The notes beneath the pieces are model-generated. The model saw only the letters and a program-made list of their open reading frames with translations, was not told the DNA's origin and made no database searches. This document shows, piece after piece, positions 57,760 to 64,000 of a DNA stretch of 64,000 nucleotides. The DNA comes from Podarcis liolepis (lineage: Eukaryota): the NCBI GenBank assembly GCA_965112155.1, contig OZ218105.1. One strand, written 5' to 3'. The position numbers and the translations under genes were made by a program. Position 1 is the stretch's first letter, and each line of letters begins with the position of its first letter.

Positions 57760-59200
57760 AAGTGCTACGTGAGGCGGCGAGGCACACGGTGCGACGAGGG
57801 CATCTGAGGCAACGGGGCCGCCACCGCCGCTGCGTGAGGGGAGGAAACGAAAGCCGGGAGCGGAGGAGGGCCGGCGCCTGACGGGGCGGAGCGTCTGGCT
57901 TCGCCGCCGCCGCGGCCTCCTTCTCCTCCTCTCCCACCTCGTCCGCGGCCTCCGCCGGCTCCGCCCTCCGCCGCGGCCCCCTCCGCCGGCTCCTCCTCTC
58001 GGGCCCTGCCCGCCTCGCCTCAGCTCGGCTCCCTGCGCCCTCAGCAAAGCCACCATCACCCTGCTTGGCGCCGGAGTTTGGCGGGGGGGCCTCGGCAGCG
58101 GAGCTCCAGCCGACGAGGGAGGAGGAGGAGGAAGAAGAAGAAGAAGAGGAAGAGGAGGAGAAGGCGGGCTTTATTTTTATTTCATTATCATCGTCACCAT
58201 TATTATTTTCCCTACCGTCTCGCCTCCCCCCTCCCCGCCCGCCGCCGCCGCCGCTCTCCTCATAGAAGAAGAAGAAAAGGGCGCCACGCCGCCCGCCCGA
58301 GGGCCGCCGCCATGTACACGGCGGGGGGAGCGGCCCCCGTCGCCGCGGGACCCGGTGAGTGAGCTGCCGCTTCTACCCCCCCCCAAACCCCGCCAGTTCC
58401 ACGAGGGATCGGAGAGAAAGGCGGCGCTTCTCCCTCTTCTCCCCCCCCCCCACAAAAAAATTAAATGGGTGGGCAGCGCTGAGGCGGGAACCGGGTTTGT
58501 GAGGAGAAAGAGAGAGGAAGGCGGCGCAGGGGTAGCAGCGAAGGAGGCGCACGAGGCGCCGCCAACGGTCTCTCGGGAGGGAGGGGGGAGAGGGAGGGAG
58601 GTGCGCGCGCGGCCGGGCTCTGTGAGGGGGCGCTCGGTACGTTTCCCTCAGAGCGGCCGCCGGCGGCGGCGGTCTCGCCTCAGCCGCCCGGCCTCCCTCT
58701 CTCGCTGCCGGCTCTCCTCCTCCTCCGCCAGCTGCCTGGGCGAGACCCGGAAAGAGGAGGAGGAGGGCGGCGGCGGCGGCAGCGGCAGCGGGAGGGTGTC
58801 GGTTGCGGGTCGAGGGAGGTTTTTTGTAAAGGCTCCTCTTGCCCGCTTTTTTTACCTCAGCTGTGGAGTCGGGGGGGGGTGGAGAGGGCGAAGGAGGCGC
58901 TGCGCTTCCCGAGACTCCTTTAAAAAAAATATAAAAGTAATAAAAATCACTTGCACACAGACTTGCAGTTCGCCCCCCCCCTTTTCCCGCAATTGATTTT
59001 TTAAAGTGAAAAGCACACGCACAACCCCCCCCCCATAGACCGGTTGCGAGTGAGGGATGGGCAGCCTCGCGACAGCGCCGCCTGAGAGACCCCCTGGTGT
59101 GGGGGGCGTGTTGGGTGGTCGCGAAGCATCAGGGCCCCCGGCTGCGCGGAGGGGGGGGGGGAGAGAGGGAAGTGGAAAAATAAATAAATTAAGGGGGCGC
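57760..59200 (+). promoter_or_regulatory. AGO2 CpG island: promoter, 5' UTR and start of intron 1
   Basis: Very GC/CpG-rich, GC box GGGGCGGAG near 57883, (CCG)n runs. Surrounds a Kozak ATG and donor. Confidence 0.85.
58312..58354 (+). CDS. AGO2: Argonaute-2 first coding exon: MYTAGGAAPVAAGP, then phase-1 intron. Rest of the gene lies beyond the window
   Basis: gccgccgccATGTAC...CCCG|gtgagt. Resembles the human AGO2 exon 1 peptide MYSGAGP with the same intron phase. AGO2 follows PTK2 in the same orientation in amniotes. Confidence 0.85.
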
Positions 59201-59680
59201 CTGTGTGTGTTTTGTATGGCTGCCTCCTTTGTGTTTTGGTAGTGGCTGCCCTCGCCGTGTTGTGGTTGCCTTTCTCTGTTGGCCGGTTTGCAGTTTTAAG
59301 AGAGTGAAGCCAGACAATGGGCATTGCCAGAAAGATGGGGTGGGTGATGGGGGCAGACAGGGTCTAGGTAGGGGAGGTGATGGCAGGAGTTTCTTTGCCT
59401 GGTCTGGATGTGAAAAGAGTTCAATCTACTACTACCATCCAAGAGCTGCCATCCAAGAGGCCCAATGGTGCTAAAACAGAACCACTTTATTTTTGAATAC
59501 GTATGCAGCACCACATATATAATGCCCACCTTTTTTATTCCTGCACTGCAGGGGGTTGGACTAGATGACCCTGGGGTCCCTTGCAACTCTACAATTCTAT
59601 GATTCTATTTATGCATACATATATACGAAGCATAAGAAGAGCTCTGCTGGATCAGGCTGGTGGCTCATCTAGCCCAGCAT

Positions 59681-60406
59681 GAGAGGCACAAATACAAGAT
59701 GGGTGACACCTGGCTTGAGAGCAGTACATGTGAAAAGGATCTAGGAGTCTTGGTTGACCACAAACTTGACATGAGTCAACAGTGTGACGCGGCAGCTAAA
59801 AAAGCCAATGCAATTCTGGGCTGCATCAATAGGAGTATAGCATCTAGATCAAGGGAAGTAATAGTGCCACTGTATTCTGCTCTGGTCAGACCTCACCTGG
59901 AGTACTGTGTCCAGTTCTGGGCACCACAATTCAAGGAGGACACTGACAAACTGGAACGTGTCCAGAGGAGGGCAACCAAAATGGTCAAAGGCCTGGAAAC
60001 GATGCCTTATGAGGAACGGCTAAGGGAGCTGGGCATGTTTAGCCTGGAGAAGAGGAGGTTAAGGGGTGATATGATAGCCATGTTCAAATATATAAAAGGA
60101 TGTCATATAGAGGAGGGAGAAAGGTTGTTTTCTGCTGCTCCAGAGAAGCGGACACGGAGCAATGGATCCAAACTACAAGAAAGCAGATTCCACCTAAACA
60201 TTAGGAAGAACTTCCTGACAGTAAGAGCTGTTTGACAGTGGAATTTGCTGCCAAGGAGTGTGGTGGAGTCTCCTTCTTTGGTGGTCTTTAAGCAGACGCT
60301 TGACAACCATATGTCAGGAGTGCTCTGATGGTGTTTCCTGCTTGGCAGGGGGTTAGACTCGATGGCCCTTGTGGTCTCTTCCAACTCTATGATTCTATGA
60401 TTCTAT
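59681..60406 (+). mobile_element. Young CR1 LINE 3' end in AGO2 intron 1
   Basis: Stop-free ORF2 C-terminus (EKDLGVLVD...[13 protein letters not shown]...RRLRGDMI) and (ATTCTATG)n tail. Confidence 0.93.
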
Positions 60407-60582
60407 CCTGTTCTCACAGTGACCAACAAGATACTTGTGGGAGTGTGTGTGTATCTATATATCACTATGTACGTTATAAATGTATGTTTTTGTGTATGTG
60501 CACACATACACATACTGTTACACATGTGTGTGCGCAAATGCATATATGCATTTGGGTTAGTGTGATGTGCTGGATTAGGGAG

Positions 60583-60944
60583 GTAAAGGTAAAGGTACCC
60601 CTGCCTGTACGGGCCAGTCGTGTCCGACTCTAGGGTTGTGCGCCCATCTCACTTAAGAGGCCAGGGGCCAGCTCTGTCCGGAGACACTTCCGGGTCACGT
60701 GGCCAGCGTGACGAAGCTGCTCTGGTGAGCCAGCACCAGCGCAGCACGGAAACGCCGTTTACCTTCCCGCTATAAAGCGGTACCTATTTATCTACTTGCA
60801 CTTAGGGGTGCTTTCGAACTGCTAGGTGGGCAGGAGCTTGGACCGAACGACGGGAGCTCACCCCGCCGCGGGGATTCGAACCGCCGACCATACGATCGGC
60901 AAGTCCTAGGCACTGAGGTTTTACCCACAGCACCACCTGCGTCC
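60583..60944 (-). mobile_element. Sauria SINE, full length
   Basis: Reverse complement of the 16393-16754 family, 13-bp TSD CTGGATTAGGGAG (60570-60582, 60945-60957). Confidence 0.9.
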
Positions 60945-62268
60945 CTGGATTAGGGAGACACAGGTTCAAATCCCCACTCAGGCATGAAGCTGACCAACCT
61001 TGGGCCATTCATCCTCGCTTACAGATATTTATGCATTATATTTATATCCTGCCTTTCCTTCAGGCACCCAAGGTGATGTACATGGTTCTTCAGTGCCACG
61101 TTACCTTTACAGCTGTTTTGTATGGTAGGTTAGGTTAAGACAATAGTTACTGGGCCAAGATCACTTGGTGAGTCTTATAGCTGCATGGGGATTTGAATCC
61201 TGGTCCCACACTAACCACTACACAACACAGGTTCTTACAGTTGTGAGGAGTGGGATGTTATGTATGCTGCCCTGAGCTTCTTGGAGGAAGGATGGGATAT
61301 AAACACAATAATATATTGCGCACAGACACATATACACACCCCATTTCTCATATGTCTTCATAGCATCTTGCTGCCAGCTGCACACCAAATGTTGCGCTTC
61401 TGTTTCAGTGCCCAGGTATGGTTACAAGTTTACTCACACTTCCAAGTTTACTGATATGGGGTAACTGCCACCACCACCCCATTCACATTATGTCCATGTA
61501 GTATCTCTTCTGGATCCAGAACCTGCCAGAATAGGGAGGAAGATATTGTCTTATGTTAGGGGTCCATTTTTGGTTGTCAGAGTGACCTGACAATTTTTGT
61601 GCCCCTTCTCATAATATGGAGTGCAACCCTTAGATTGAGAACATTTTCACTGCTGGACCGAACTGGAAATATCTCTGTGTACTGATGGGCACTGTAATTA
61701 CTATACTGTATAATTTGTGTGTGTTGTGCAAGTTACATTCTGTTGTGCATAGGCAATACAGCATCAAAGCTGAACAGGTGAAATTAGGGATATTGTTTAT
61801 TTCTTCTGTACCAAATAATTGTCTTGTTGAAACAACTGCCCAAAATAAGAATGTATGGAAGTGCTGGTAAACTTGTCTGGCAAGTGTGCCACAAGTCTGG
61901 CCAAAAAATAGTGCCACAACAGCGCACATGTTGCATCCATGCCTTTTGTACTGAACAAAAAACAAGCATAAAGACAAACTGCTTGGGAGTCTGAAGATGT
62001 GCTTCTCCTGGCTATGTTTGCAACAAACTAGCTCCCTTTGCTACAGGTTGACCTCCCATGAAGTGTTGGATCAATGAAGTGTACTGAGCTCAGTTGCTAT
62101 TCCATTCTTTTCTTGTATTTATATACTCCATATAGTAAAAAAAATAGCAATTTAAACAGTTTAACATCTCTGGCAGGCCTTTAAACATATTATTAGCTAG
62201 GGTTTCACAGAGTTTATCCAGTCTAAAATCACTTTTTGTTTTCTTACTCTCCTTGTTGAATCAGCATA

Positions 62269-62715
62269 CAGTGGTATCTTGATTTATGAACTTAAACCGT
62301 TCTGGAAGTCCATTCTTAAACCAAAACCATTCTTAAACCGAGGGGCACTTTCCCTAATGAGGCCTCCCGCTGCCAGTACCCTTCCACTGTGCTTCCGTTC
62401 TTTTTTTTTTTTTTTTTTGGTAAAATTTTTATTGGATTTTCACAATTTATATAAACACACACAATGCACACATACAAACACAAAAACACACATGTATAGT
62501 TTCAAATCCTTATTTTCTTAAAACTTATTTCACCGACCTCCTCATACCTCCCCTTTCTGCATTCCAATTTCAAAATTTATTTCAGCAAATCCTCCACTGT
62601 GCTTCCGTTCTTAGACTGAGGTAAAGTTCGCAAACTGGGACACTACTTCTGTTTTTCAGAGTTCTTAAACTGAATAGTTCGTAAACAGGGCTGTTCTTTA
62701 ACCAAGGTACCACTG
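62269..62715. mobile_element. Tc1/mariner-pogo MITE interrupted by a retroposed insert
   Basis: TA|CAGTGGTATCTTG...CAAGGTACCACTG|TA. Confidence 0.8.
62403..62592 (-). mobile_element. Short poly(A)-tailed retroposed sequence (L1-type 3' end)
   Basis: Poly(T) on +, AATAAA on -, 20-bp TSD TCCACTGTGCTTCCGTTCTT (62383-62402, 62593-62612). Confidence 0.82.
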
Positions 62716-63289
62716 TATTTGAGATGTTCCTGGGCATCTCACTTAAGGCATGTTACCTGGGGCTTCCAGACAGGTAGCATGTTAAAAGTACAGTAAGTTG
62801 TATAGTTATTGCATCAGATCAGATCAGATATTTCCCTTCTAATAACTGCTTCTGTTGTGAGGAAGTTGCATTTTCCTCTTCTCTCAAACCTGATGCTTGT
62901 TGCTAGGAAAACATAGCTATTAGTCAGTCCAGGGTACGCTCTAACTGTGCCAAGTCTTTAATTCTGCGGACACTCCTTGGATGCTGTTGGCACTATTTCT
63001 AATGAGGAGTGTGTCTCCCCTCCTGAAATGTGTGTGCTGTTTTGTGAAAATTGCAGAAGTTTGCTTTGCTTCTTAGAACATTCTGCAGAGGTTGAGCATG
63101 TTTCTGCAGCACCTACCAGTCCATCATGCAAAGTTAAACACTTAACTTGCCCTTTAAAAATAGGTGGCAAACATGAGGAAAGCAACTTTTCTTTCCTGGC
63201 AGCAGTTCTTAGCCGCATACCCCACTCCTCCAGCATTGCTGATTTAAAAACATCCAGCTCCCTGCCTGTCCATAGTAAAGATACTCCAT

Positions 63290-63292
<3 letters not shown>

Positions 63293-63333
<41 letters not shown>
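63293..63333. repeat. (GT)n microsatellite
   Basis: Directly visible. Confidence 0.9.
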
Positions 63334-63335
<2 letters not shown>

Positions 63336-64000
63336 GAGGGGTAGGGTGTATTGTACCCAGTGTTCAAAACACCCATTGCTCTAGGTACATTTTGCGACAG
63401 GGAATTTCATTAGCATGAGCAGTTTCTGAGCTCAGGGCTCAGTACTACACCTAAGATTCCAGATTAAAACTGCAGAGTGGGAGGAAAGGAGGACCTTTTT
63501 CTGCCTCCCCACTTCCAGCTACTCTCTGTAGATTGGAGAAGATACCCTCTTAAGAATATTAGTGTGTGGACAGGAAAAGGACTAGATCGTGTGAAAAATG
63601 AACATAATATTTTAGTTGCAGTTTATTCATTTTCAACTTTGTGTTCTTTTTATTTAAAAAGCGCACCTAAACATTCCGTTGTTGCACCCATAACCTAAGT
63701 TTAAGGTGCCATTTAGCTCCTAGCTTTCATAGCTCAGTTTCTACCACTGATTGTACTGCAGGTGTAAAATGTTAGATTTATTTTTAATGCCTGGAAGTCA
63801 TCTGACATTGCCCATAGAGTTGTAAAGTGTAAACACACAACAGTAGTGACTTTGCCCTCCCTGCTGTCTTTCATAGTGTTCAGATACATACTGTGGGATC
63901 TTACCAATATCTCAGTTGCCACTTCCATATCACACCAGTCCTGTATCTCTTCTTCACCCCTGATTGGGAGAAATGCATTAAATGGATATAAATACATTAA

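Noticed and set aside
57619-59324. Several long Arg/Gly/Pro-rich ORFs
   Set aside because: By-products of the stop-poor AGO2 CpG island.
59660-60235. 191-aa ORF as a host gene
   Set aside because: It is the C-terminus of CR1 ORF2.

Overview
Vertebrate genomic DNA, most likely a squamate (lacertid-type lizard), inferred from Sauria SINEs, BovB, CR1, L2 and Penelope content. The window holds three genes. (1) The 3' two-thirds of PTK2/FAK on +: 17 constitutive coding exons from the kinase domain to the FAT domain (547-47522), plus the 9-nt PWR (FAK+) microexon and a candidate intronic FRNK promoter and leader exon. (2) A complete, intact, 4-exon RPLP1 gene on - (CDS 49485-53343), tail-to-tail with PTK2. 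(3) The CpG island and first coding exon of AGO2 on + (58312-58354). PTK2-AGO2 adjacency is the usual amniote order, but an intron-containing RPLP1 between them is unexpected. A second, apparently orphan housekeeping-type promoter lies between RPLP1 and AGO2. Introns are rich in transposons, including a Penelope-like insertion carrying two minimal hammerhead ribozyme motifs, hAT and Tc1/pogo MITEs with intact target-site duplications, and several nested insertions. There is one 152-nt assembly gap. All coordinates were read by eye, and comparisons with other species are from memory, not from searches.
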